Source of the DNA: an uncultured archaeon
GTDB lineage: Archaea; Asgardarchaeota; Lokiarchaeia; Sigyniarchaeales; SOKP01
Length of the DNA stretch: 17,001 nucleotides
Assembly (NCBI GenBank): GCA_964508365.1
Contig: CAZDTP010000051.1
Span: 14,176-31,176, forward strand
Reading direction: 5' to 3'
Positions 6,957 to 14,584 of this stretch are shown piece after piece (position 1 is the first letter of the stretch; each line of letters opens with the position of its first letter). The translations under genes and the position numbers were made by a program. The notes beneath the pieces were generated by a model. The model was not told the DNA's origin, did not search any database, and worked only from the letters and a program-made list of their open reading frames with translations.

Positions 6957-7340
6957 TTAATAATAATGGTATCCTTGGGGTGGTTGACCCCCTCCAAACA
7001 CTAAACCTAAAAATTCGAAAGGAATTCCGGTAAGAAAAGCGCCGATCCATAGTAATAACGCACTAAGCAACATTGATTTAACATTGAATTGGTGGAAGAA
7101 GATTTTGAGGATGTTTATTACGAGCAATGCGCTCCCGATCGTGAGGAAAATTTGTCCTACGCTCACAAAAATGGTTTTGAAAACCGTACTTGTCATATAA
7201 CGCAAGTTGGATCCGAAAAAAGGCACGACTATTGCTACGAACCCTAATATTCCGAGAAATATTAAAAAAGTGTGGTTTGCCTTGCGTTGTTTTCGAAGGA
7301 TTATGATTCCGTCGCTATTTTTAGCCATAGATTTTATCAC
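6957..7340 (-). CDS. Hypothetical membrane protein with 3-4 TM helices, 127 aa (true start may be the ATG at 7328)
   Basis: Basic N-terminus, hydrophobic segments, GGGQPPQGYHYY tail. Confidence 0.75.
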   Translation of the reverse strand: MIKSMAKNSDGIIILRKQRKANHTFLIFLGILGFVAIVVPFFGSNLRYMTSTVFKTIFVSVGQIFLTIGSALLVINILKIFFHQFNVKSMLLSALLLWIGAFLTGIPFEFLGLVFGGGQPPQGYHYY

Positions 7341-7449
7341 TTGATAAGATAAATTTGGTTTTTATCTCATATTCAAATCAAATCTTTATAAAGAAAAAGT
7401 CTGGAACACTCGATTTTTCCTTTTTATATGCTTCTTTGCTCTAGAATGT

Positions 7450-8550
7450 ATGGGAGTTAAGCTTCAAGATTTAGTGATCCGAAACACTATAGATTTTTCC
7501 AAACTCGCAGGAAAGATTATAGCAGTAGATGCTCCGAATGTAATAATGAGTTTGTTTAACTTCGCCCGTAAAAACCATGATGGCTCCCATGCGGGACTCA
7601 TTCTAGACCGCACCCAAAGACCGATATCTCACCTTTATGGCTTGCTTTTCAGGACGAACTTTTTCTATTCTAAGAAAATTTTCCCAATTTTTTGCTTTGA
7701 CGGGCTCGACTCTGACCTTAAAAAGCTAAAAACTAAAGATAGGCTCAACGACTTCTTATTTACAGAAAAATTATACCGATCGTTAATCCAATCGGGGAAA
7801 AGAGAGAATGCGAAACAAATTGCTTTATCCCGAGAGTATATGTGGCCCAATATTATTAAAGAATCTAAGCAATTACTAGGGGCATTAGGATTACCATACA
7901 TAAACGCTCCCGCTTCGGCAGAGTCGCAATGCGCTCAGCTTGTTAAAAATAGAGTAGTTCATTACTCTAACTCGCAAGATTTCGACTCACTTTTGTTTGG
8001 TTGCCCGCGGGTAATCCAAAACCTCTCGAAGTCGTTAAGAAGGAAGGTGCAGGGTCGCTGGTCGTATCAAAAAATCACTCCGGTCAAGATCGATCTTAAA
8101 GAAAACCTAAAAAGGTTAGGAATCGATCAGTTTCAATTGGTAGATATGGCGCTCCTGATTGGAACCGATTACTTTCCAGGTATAAAAAATATTGGACCAA
8201 AACACGCCTACAAATTCATAAAAAAGCACCGATCCATAGAAAATGTGATTAAAGAAGAAAAAGAAAATTACGATTTTTCTGAATTGAGTTCCGAAAACAT
8301 TGCAAATGTAAGAAAAATTTTTTTACTCCCCGAAGTCTTAGAGGATTACCCAAATTTGAGCTGGAATTACCCTAGCGAACACCAAACGCAAAACTTATTA
8401 TGCGAAGTTCACCATCTCAATCGAGAACGGGTGGAAACCAACCTGAAAAAGTTAGCCTCTAATTACGAAAAGTGCCAGACATTTTTCTCCAACAAAACGA
8501 GAAATCCCTCTAAAAAACAAGAAACCTTCGACTCTATTTTTTATACCTAA
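7450..8550 (+). CDS. fen: Flap endonuclease 1 family nuclease (divergent)
   Basis: MGV start, AVDA, SHLYGL, FDG..LK......R, SQDFDSLLFG, GTDYFPGIKNIGPKHA (H3TH motif), degenerate C-terminal PIP box QETFDSIF. Confidence 0.92.
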   Translation: MGVKLQDLVIRNTIDFSKLAGKIIAVDAPNVIMSLFNFARKNHDGSHAGLILDRTQRPISHLYGLLFRTNFFYSKKIFPIFCFDGLDSDLKKLKTKDRLNDFLFTEKLYRSLIQSGKRENAKQIALSREYMWPNIIKESKQLLGALGLPYINAPASAESQCAQLVKNRVVHYSNSQDFDSLLFGCPRVIQNLSKSLRRKVQGRWSYQKITPVKIDLKENLKRLGIDQFQLVDMALLIGTDYFPGIKNIGPKHAYKFIKKHRSIENVIKEEKENYDFSELSSENIANVRKIFLLPEVLEDYPNLSWNYPSEHQTQNLLCEVHHLNRERVETNLKKLASNYEKCQTFFSNKTRNPSKKQETFDSIFYT

Positions 8551-8553
8551 AAA

Positions 8554-8567
8554 TTTTATTTTTCTTT
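8554..8567 (+). terminator. T-rich terminator-like tract after fen
   Basis: ttttatttttcttt after the stop at 8550. Confidence 0.4.
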
Positions 8568-8640
8568 ATAAAGTCTCAATGAATCGTTTATATGGTAATT
8601 AATATTCAATACCCACAAAACTAACGAAATTGAGAGAAGT

Positions 8641-9249
8641 ATGGCAAGATCAACGAACAATGCGATTTTTCTGCAAAACAGTTTACGAGCCTATAGAAGA
8701 GCTCCAAAGGAAGATTTAAACAAGGAGAAAGTGCTAAACTACTTTTTTAGGTTAGAAAGTTTTACGAATGATCGAAACGAATACAAAAATTTAACGCCTT
8801 TGCTCGTTGGGAACATTGCGAAGGAAACAAACCTACCTAATTCCGTAGTGTTAAACACTGCTTTGGAGTTTTTAACCGAAGCTACTCAATTCAGTCATAC
8901 TTTAAGTTTAGGGCTCATATCGTGGGGCACAGGAGAGAAAAGCGTGTTGCGGCAAGCGAAATTTTACCTGAGAAAGGTTTATAAGATCGCCCCGGTGTTC
9001 GATTACTCCCGAGCGATTGCTAACTTAGAAATTTTACATACTCTTTTAAAGAAAGTCTTTTATTGGCCTCGCATCACCACTCAGCTTGCCTTGACTATTT
9101 TTGTGACCGACCGAAACGACCCAAATATAACGAAAAATGAGTATATTTTGCAAAAAAATTTAAGAACTTTTTGCGCATGCTCCGCTTACGCCTTCCACAT
9201 GGCTCGAAAGAAGCTTAATATTGACAAGACAGGAAGCGTTAGTATCTAA
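8641..9249 (+). CDS. Hypothetical protein, possibly with a TFB/cyclin-like helical fold, 202 aa
   Basis: IAKETNLPNSVVLNTALEFL and QLALTIFVT...ILQKNLRTFCACSAYAFHMARKKL resemble helices of the TFB cyclin repeat. The resemblance is by eye only. Confidence 0.7.
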   Translation: MARSTNNAIFLQNSLRAYRRAPKEDLNKEKVLNYFFRLESFTNDRNEYKNLTPLLVGNIAKETNLPNSVVLNTALEFLTEATQFSHTLSLGLISWGTGEKSVLRQAKFYLRKVYKIAPVFDYSRAIANLEILHTLLKKVFYWPRITTQLALTIFVTDRNDPNITKNEYILQKNLRTFCACSAYAFHMARKKLNIDKTGSVSI

Positions 9250-9253
9250 CCTG

Positions 9254-9300
9254 TTTTTCTATTTATTTTATTATTATTTATACTTGAAGTTTATTTCTTT
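9254..9300 (+). terminator. T-rich terminator-like tract
   Basis: Several T runs after the stop at 9249. Confidence 0.4.
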
Positions 9301-9370
9301 CTTAGATTTTTTCTTTAAATAATCAACTTCTTATTTTTACATAATAGTAAATTAATAAGCAGTTTTTATC

Positions 9371-10297
9371 GTGAGCAACTCAGTAGACGAATTATACCAA
9401 AAGTTATTGGACCTTGGTATGTCAGAAGAAGAGCTAGAAAAAAAAGTCAAGAATAAAGTAGAAGAATACGGCGGTTTCATGTCGGAACAGGGAGTGTTGT
9501 TTGTAATAGCCAGAGAAAACGGGCTTAATTTGAGATCCCCCGATATTGACGATTATCTTTACGACGAGTTAGAAGAAGAAGTCGATTACGACGAGTTCAC
9601 AATAGATATTTCGGACGTTAGAGAAGGGATGAGCAACATCGTGCTGTTAGGTAAGATTTTGAGCACGCAAAAAATTAGAGAATTTATACGGAAAGACGAA
9701 TCTATTGGAAAAGTGAGTTCTTTCTTACTTGGTGACCTAACCGGAACCGTTAAAGTTGTGCTATGGGACGAGCGAGCCGATAGCGTTAATCACGAATCTT
9801 TTAAACCAAACGAGCTTGTACGAGTTATCGGCGGGTATTCAAAACTTGGACAAAACGAAGCTATAGAAGTTCACCTTGGAAGAAAAGGCACATTAATTTT
9901 CGCTCCTGAAATTAGCGATAAGAAGAAAGAGCGGTTAGACACTATTACAAATAATAGTTCAGAAAGAAAAACGCCCAATAGTATTTCTTTAAAGCCTTTA
10001 GGACAAGCCATCCAACAAAACAAGTTCATTAGCATCGTTAAAGGAACCGTTCGAATCGAAGATTTTAGAGAATTAGAGTTAAAATCAGGCGATAGATCGT
10101 TTTTACTCACGCTGTTATTAGAAGTCGAAGACTTTTCCATCAGGGTGAAAGTGTGGGGCATGAAAGCGGTAGAATGCTTGAAAATAGTGAATGATGGGGA
10201 TTATATTTCTATTACCAACCTAGTTGTTAAAGAGAACAAATACACCGCAGAGAAGGAACTTGTTTTCACGAAAAATTCGAGTTTACTATTAATATAA
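9371..10297 (+). CDS. rpa: RPA-like ssDNA-binding protein: DUF2240-like N-terminus, acidic linker, two OB folds
   Basis: GTG start; ELEKKVKNKVEEYGGFMSEQGVLFVIARENG; ISDVREGMSNIVLLGKI...LGDLTGTVKVVLWD; second OB fold SIRVKVWG...GDYISITNL. Confidence 0.85.
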   Translation: MSNSVDELYQKLLDLGMSEEELEKKVKNKVEEYGGFMSEQGVLFVIARENGLNLRSPDIDDYLYDELEEEVDYDEFTIDISDVREGMSNIVLLGKILSTQKIREFIRKDESIGKVSSFLLGDLTGTVKVVLWDERADSVNHESFKPNELVRVIGGYSKLGQNEAIEVHLGRKGTLIFAPEISDKKKERLDTITNNSSERKTPNSISLKPLGQAIQQNKFISIVKGTVRIEDFRELELKSGDRSFLLTLLLEVEDFSIRVKVWGMKAVECLKIVNDGDYISITNLVVKENKYTAEKELVFTKNSSLLLI

Positions 10298-10478
10298 TTA
10301 ATTAAGTCTACTCTCGTTGGTTGGTCAAATATTCCCAATACATGATATACTGGGATTAAGAAGGCGGATTGAGTTAAATGTAGACGTCTAAATCTTATTT
10401 AGAGTTAAATTTTTATAGAATCTTTGCGTATATATTGATTTAATGAAATCTAAATTTAAAATTAGAGATTGATAACAT

Positions 10479-13403
10479 ATGAAAAATAAATGTAAGATAT
10501 ATTTACTCCTATTTCTTGTATTAATACCTTATTTTATTCTAATTGGTGATATAAACCTTTTATCCGAAGAGAATGAAAAAAATATTTTAAAGCAAAAGAA
10601 TATCGTAGGGGGGCTAAAAACTTCAAAATCATGGAATTTATCACCTTTTATCATCAGCGTTACTGGAGGGGGCAATGGTACTTGGGCTTGGGCAAGTAGC
10701 AACGATTGGTGTAATGGCTCTGGAACAATCAATGATCCTTATATCATTGAAAATGTAACTATCGATGCGAGTGGAATATTAGGTACAAGCTGTATTACAA
10801 TCAATAATTCTGAAGTCTATTTTGTAATTCAAAATTGCTCGTTAAGAAACTCAGGTAATGATGCTATGGATGCAGGGATTAAATTACTAAATACTAGCAA
10901 TGGAAGAATTCAAAACAACAATATTTCGAGAAATCTAGGAAATGGAATTTATTTAAATGGTTCACATCAGAATACAATCAAAAAAAATATTATTGAACAT
11001 AATAAAATTGGTTGTAATCTCTACGATTATTGCGAGTATAATACCATAACCCAAAACAATATCAGCAATAATCAAGAGCACGGTATTTACTTTCACTTTT
11101 ATAATGATTATAATAACATAAGTTCAAATACAGTGCAGTTTAATGGAAAATTTGGTCCCTTTCATGGAATTTTTCTTGATGGCTGGTATTGCCAATTTAA
11201 TTTAATAGATAAAAATGTAATAAAAAACAATACAGGTGACGGAATTCGATTAGACACTTATAGTCATAATAGTACCATCGCTGAAAATATTATCGTGAAT
11301 AATTCTTGGGCGGGAATAACATTAACTTCTTCTTCTGAATGTGAAATCTCTGAAAATCAAATAATTAATAATTTTCAATATGGCATCTTGATTTCAGAAT
11401 GTGATCGTGTAAATATAATAGTGAATATAATCAAGTTCAATGGCGATTTAGTTGATTCTTATGGTATTTACTCTACTGGTAGTGACTACCTCAATATTTC
11501 TGGAAACGAGTTTCTGAACAATTACAATGGTATTGGGCTGAGATTTTGCGATAGTTGTAATGTTTCGAATAATTTTCTAAAAGATAATGCTCTGTATGGA
11601 ATATTCGTTGAGCATCTATCTGATTTTAATTACATCTATGACAATTTATTGCAAGATAATGTAAGAGCAATTACGATTTATGACAATAGCAACAATAATG
11701 AGATTTATAATAATAAAATCATAAAAAGTAGTAGTTCAAGTATAGAAATAAATAACAAATGTAATCTAAACTTAGTTTATAATAACTCTCTTATTCGAAA
11801 TGGTTATGGTATCGATATTAATAACGATTGCGACCTTAATAATTTAACAAGTAATGTTATCAAGGAAAGCACTTTCAGCGGTGTACGAATTGTTAGTGGC
11901 TGTAACGAAAATCTTTTATACGGGAATTATTTTGTTCTTAATATTCTAAATGCTATCAATGATGAATCCGATACTCGATGGAATACAACAGAAACCGGTA
12001 ATTATTGGTCTAACTATACTGGTTATGATTTAGATGGTGATGGTTTTGGAGATATACCTCATCCCATTATTAGCTATGGAAATGACTCCCTTCCTATTTA
12101 CAGTAATATTCCAAATATCTACATTGATGAATTTACTGATTATGATTGGAAATGGGCAAAGCAACAATATTGGTGTAATGGCTCAGGAACAGAAGAGGAT
12201 CCCTATATAATAGAAAATAAACTCATCAAAAAAGAATGGTTGAGCAATTGTATTGAAATTAGAAACTCTGAGGTTCACTTTACTATCATTAATTGTACTT
12301 TAACGGCAAAAACATCATATTTCTCTAGTATTGTTCTATATAATGTTAAGAACGGTAAGATTAGTCATAATAAAATAACACAGAATAATATAGGGATTCA
12401 ATTAGACAAGTGTGATCAAATTGATATTTCAAATAACACCATCAAGGATAATAATATTGGCGTTAATTTAATTTGTAGCGATTTCAACTATGTTACCAAT
12501 AATACAGTCCAATATAACAATTTTGGTTTGTATATATGGCAAAGTAATAACAATTTGTTCAATGATAATCTTCTACTTAATAATAATCAATGTATCCTTG
12601 AACTTGACTGCGAGAATAATGTTTTTGAAAATAATATTTGTGACCCTAAACCTTTAGAAGAATTATGCGTTGAAATAGTTGACCAAATATTCTCTTCTTC
12701 AGCCTATAATTTCACTTTTTATGTATATAATGATACTAATTATGCCATGGAATTCGCAACTATTCAGATATGGTGGAATGGAACTGATGTGTCATCTGAT
12801 ATCATTAATCTTGGTTCTGGTTTCTATTTTATATCTTTAGAACCTATTACCATAAATCTAGGTGAAAGCTCAATCCTTTTGAATTTAACTATTTCTGCTT
12901 CAGGATATTCAGATAAATACTTTGAAACTTATCTTGCAATACATCCATGCGAATTAATTGATTTGATGTTTCTTGAAATTATAGAACAGATTTTTACTGA
13001 AGAACATTTTAATATCACATTTTCAATAAGAAATGGGACAGGTCAGGGGATTGATTCTGCAGTCCTTGTTATATCATGGAATGGAACTGATGTGTCATCT
13101 GATATCATAAATCTAAGTGGTGGTTTCTATAAGATAACCCTAACACCAATAATAGTAAATCCAGGAGATGATCCCATTATTTTGGGTATTAATGTTTCAG
13201 CTGCGAATTATAGTGATATGTCTTATCAACTAGAATTATCAGTAGATCCAGATACAATCAGTAAAGAAACAATTACTCCCTCACCCGGAGAATTTCTGAT
13301 TTTTCTTATCGTAATAATCGGAGTTTCGAGTGGAGGTGTTTTGGTTGCTCTAGTGATTATTATTTTAAGAAAGAGAGGATCTAAAGAATTCGTACAATCT
13401 TAA
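10479..13403 (+). CDS. Large surface protein: signal peptide, two NosD/CASH-type parallel beta-helix modules, two C-terminal beta-sandwich repeats, TM anchor
   Basis: Many Asn-rich repeats (I..N.I..N..GI.L); WCNGSGT..DPYIIEN leader occurs twice; GNYWSNY...DLDGDGFGD NosD-type ending; two 101-aa WNGTDVSSDIINL repeats; TM plus LRKR. Confidence 0.9.
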   Translation: MKNKCKIYLLLFLVLIPYFILIGDINLLSEENEKNILKQKNIVGGLKTSKSWNLSPFIISVTGGGNGTWAWASSNDWCNGSGTINDPYIIENVTIDASGILGTSCITINNSEVYFVIQNCSLRNSGNDAMDAGIKLLNTSNGRIQNNNISRNLGNGIYLNGSHQNTIKKNIIEHNKIGCNLYDYCEYNTITQNNISNNQEHGIYFHFYNDYNNISSNTVQFNGKFGPFHGIFLDGWYCQFNLIDKNVIKNNTGDGIRLDTYSHNSTIAENIIVNNSWAGITLTSSSECEISENQIINNFQYGILISECDRVNIIVNIIKFNGDLVDSYGIYSTGSDYLNISGNEFLNNYNGIGLRFCDSCNVSNNFLKDNALYGIFVEHLSDFNYIYDNLLQDNVRAITIYDNSNNNEIYNNKIIKSSSSSIEINNKCNLNLVYNNSLIRNGYGIDINNDCDLNNLTSNVIKESTFSGVRIVSGCNENLLYGNYFVLNILNAINDESDTRWNTTETGNYWSNYTGYDLDGDGFGDIPHPIISYGNDSLPIYSNIPNIYIDEFTDYDWKWAKQQYWCNGSGTEEDPYIIENKLIKKEWLSNCIEIRNSEVHFTIINCTLTAKTSYFSSIVLYNVKNGKISHNKITQNNIGIQLDKCDQIDISNNTIKDNNIGVNLICSDFNYVTNNTVQYNNFGLYIWQSNNNLFNDNLLLNNNQCILELDCENNVFENNICDPKPLEELCVEIVDQIFSSSAYNFTFYVYNDTNYAMEFATIQIWWNGTDVSSDIINLGSGFYFISLEPITINLGESSILLNLTISASGYSDKYFETYLAIHPCELIDLMFLEIIEQIFTEEHFNITFSIRNGTGQGIDSAVLVISWNGTDVSSDIINLSGGFYKITLTPIIVNPGDDPIILGINVSAANYSDMSYQLELSVDPDTISKETITPSPGEFLIFLIVIIGVSSGGVLVALVIIILRKRGSKEFVQS
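12774..13108 (+). repeat. Perfect 32-bp direct repeat (12774-12805 and 13077-13108) within the beta-helix gene
   Basis: tggaatggaactgatgtgtcatctgatatcat twice, 303 bp apart and in frame. Confidence 0.95.
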
Positions 13404-13409
13404 ATTCAT

Positions 13410-13425
13410 CTTTTTTTTTCTATTT
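13410..13425 (+). terminator. Oligo-T terminator after the beta-helix gene
   Basis: T9 at 13411-13419. Confidence 0.55.
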
Positions 13426-13452
13426 GTTCATGGTTTCTTGTGTTTAAATAGG

Positions 13453-13686
13453 TTTAAGGAATTAGAGTTGAAGTCGGGCGATAAATCGTTTTTGCTCACC
13501 ATGTTCATAGATGTGGAAAGCTTTACGATAAAAATGAAAGCGTGGGGTATGAAAGCAGTAGAATGCTTGAAAATCGTAAATAGTGGAGATTTTGTTTCAA
13601 TAACTAACTTAGCTGTTAAAGAGAACAGATACACATCAGAGAAAGAGCTTATATTCACGAAAAATTCGAGTGTATCGTTGGTCTAA
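13453..13686 (+). pseudogene. Orphan 3' fragment of an rpa gene (C-terminal OB fold); ORF-track call 13438-13686
   Basis: Homologous to rpa codons 232-308; only a TTG start with no RBS, and located directly after a terminator; reading frame intact. Confidence 0.8.
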
Positions 13687-13817
13687 CTATAAGTGTTAGA
13701 GACAAGATCTTTATAGTTCCTAAGAATTTCCCTCTTATTTTTTGTTTAAATATCTCACATTGTTCAAATCCTAAAATATTTTAGTGTTAAAATATTACCA
13801 AAATCAATCTGAAGATC

Positions 13818-14483
13818 GTGATAACTAAACAAAAATTCAATTTGTACCAGGTCCTTAGGCTAGAAAAGCTTAACAATCTCTTTTTAAAGCGGCTGGGGAG
13901 AATTCTCTTTTACAGTAGTGTTTGCTACATTATTTTGTTAGTCTCGAATGTTTTATTGTCTTCTTTTTTCGGTTTTTCACTCTTTGTAAATTTCATTAGC
14001 GATTTAGGTAGTATCAGATTTATTCCTTTTCCTTATGTTCATAATTTAATCTGCTTATTTGGAGGTATGGTAAGCCTTCCAATTAATTTTTATGTAAGGA
14101 ATAAGTTACGTATCGTATACAAAACTTCGAAGTATTCTATAAAGTTTGTTGATTTCGGCGTGGCTTTTGGAATAATTGGAAACATTGGATACATACTTTT
14201 GGGAGTGTTTAGTTTAGATAGGGCTGGTCCAGGAGACATCTATCATAGTATCATTGCTTCTATTTCGTTTGTCGGTTATATTTTATCTATTTTCTTTTTT
14301 AGTTTGAACATCGTCCTATCACACAACTGCAAGTTGAAACATTTGGGCTTTTTTGGGCTAGTTGTTCCCATCGCTTTGCTTTTCACCTATTGCATCCTTA
14401 CCATCCCTCTTATCGAATGGTTTTTGTTAAGTTCTATTTTGTTGTTTTTGCTTTTATTGAACTATTATGTGTTCAAATTTTAG
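13818..14483 (+). CDS. DUF998-like multi-pass membrane protein
   Basis: GTG start; FISDLG motif, G..GN.GY..LGVFSLD, YHSIIASISF; 5-6 TM helices. Confidence 0.75.
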   Translation: MITKQKFNLYQVLRLEKLNNLFLKRLGRILFYSSVCYIILLVSNVLLSSFFGFSLFVNFISDLGSIRFIPFPYVHNLICLFGGMVSLPINFYVRNKLRIVYKTSKYSIKFVDFGVAFGIIGNIGYILLGVFSLDRAGPGDIYHSIIASISFVGYILSIFFFSLNIVLSHNCKLKHLGFFGLVVPIALLFTYCILTIPLIEWFLLSSILLFLLLLNYYVFKF

Positions 14484-14584
14484 TCGTCAAGCTAAAACTG
14501 AAATTCCATTAAGGATTATTTTGGTAGGATATTGTAATTTCAAGGTGTAGAAAAGATTCCTTCCTTTCTCAGATTATCCATGAC

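Larger units (their letters stand above)
10064..13686 (+). repeat. Diverged 234-bp direct repeat (10064-10297 and 13453-13686) of the rpa 3' end flanking the beta-helix gene
   Basis: Ungapped alignment of 78 codons: 184/234 nt and 56/77 aa identical by hand; both copies end in TAA at the same codon. Confidence 0.95.

Noticed and set aside
7665-7901. 78-aa minus-strand ORF
   Set aside because: Antisense shadow inside fen.
2004-9321. Recurring TTTTTC(T/C)TTATAA motif near several starts as a non-canonical BRE for the TFB-like protein
   Set aside because: Spacing to the start codons is inconsistent, and the motif is explained by terminator T tracts abutting TATA boxes in AT-rich DNA.
10381-10390. 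Perfect 10-bp palindrome TAGACGTCTA upstream of the beta-helix gene
   Set aside because: A single short palindrome is expected by chance in 17 kb, and there is no counterpart at the other end of the cargo.
10529-10732. 67-aa minus-strand ORF
   Set aside because: Antisense shadow inside the beta-helix gene.
9871-13658. Minus-strand ORFs 9871-10161 and 13428-13658 sharing VSKNDLSPDFNSNSL
   Set aside because: The shared peptide is simply the reverse reading of the duplicated rpa tail; both ORFs are shadows.
10064-13686. Diversity-generating retroelement TR/VR pair as an explanation for the repeats
   Set aside because: Mismatches are not confined to adenines of either copy (for example C/T, C/G, T/C) in this repeat or in 126-298, and no reverse transcriptase is present.
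3815-14483. Genome-wide reassignment of TAG
   Set aside because: Other TAG stops in the window behave as true stops: 3815-3817 is followed by TAA TAA and 14481-14483 by a TAA four codons later.
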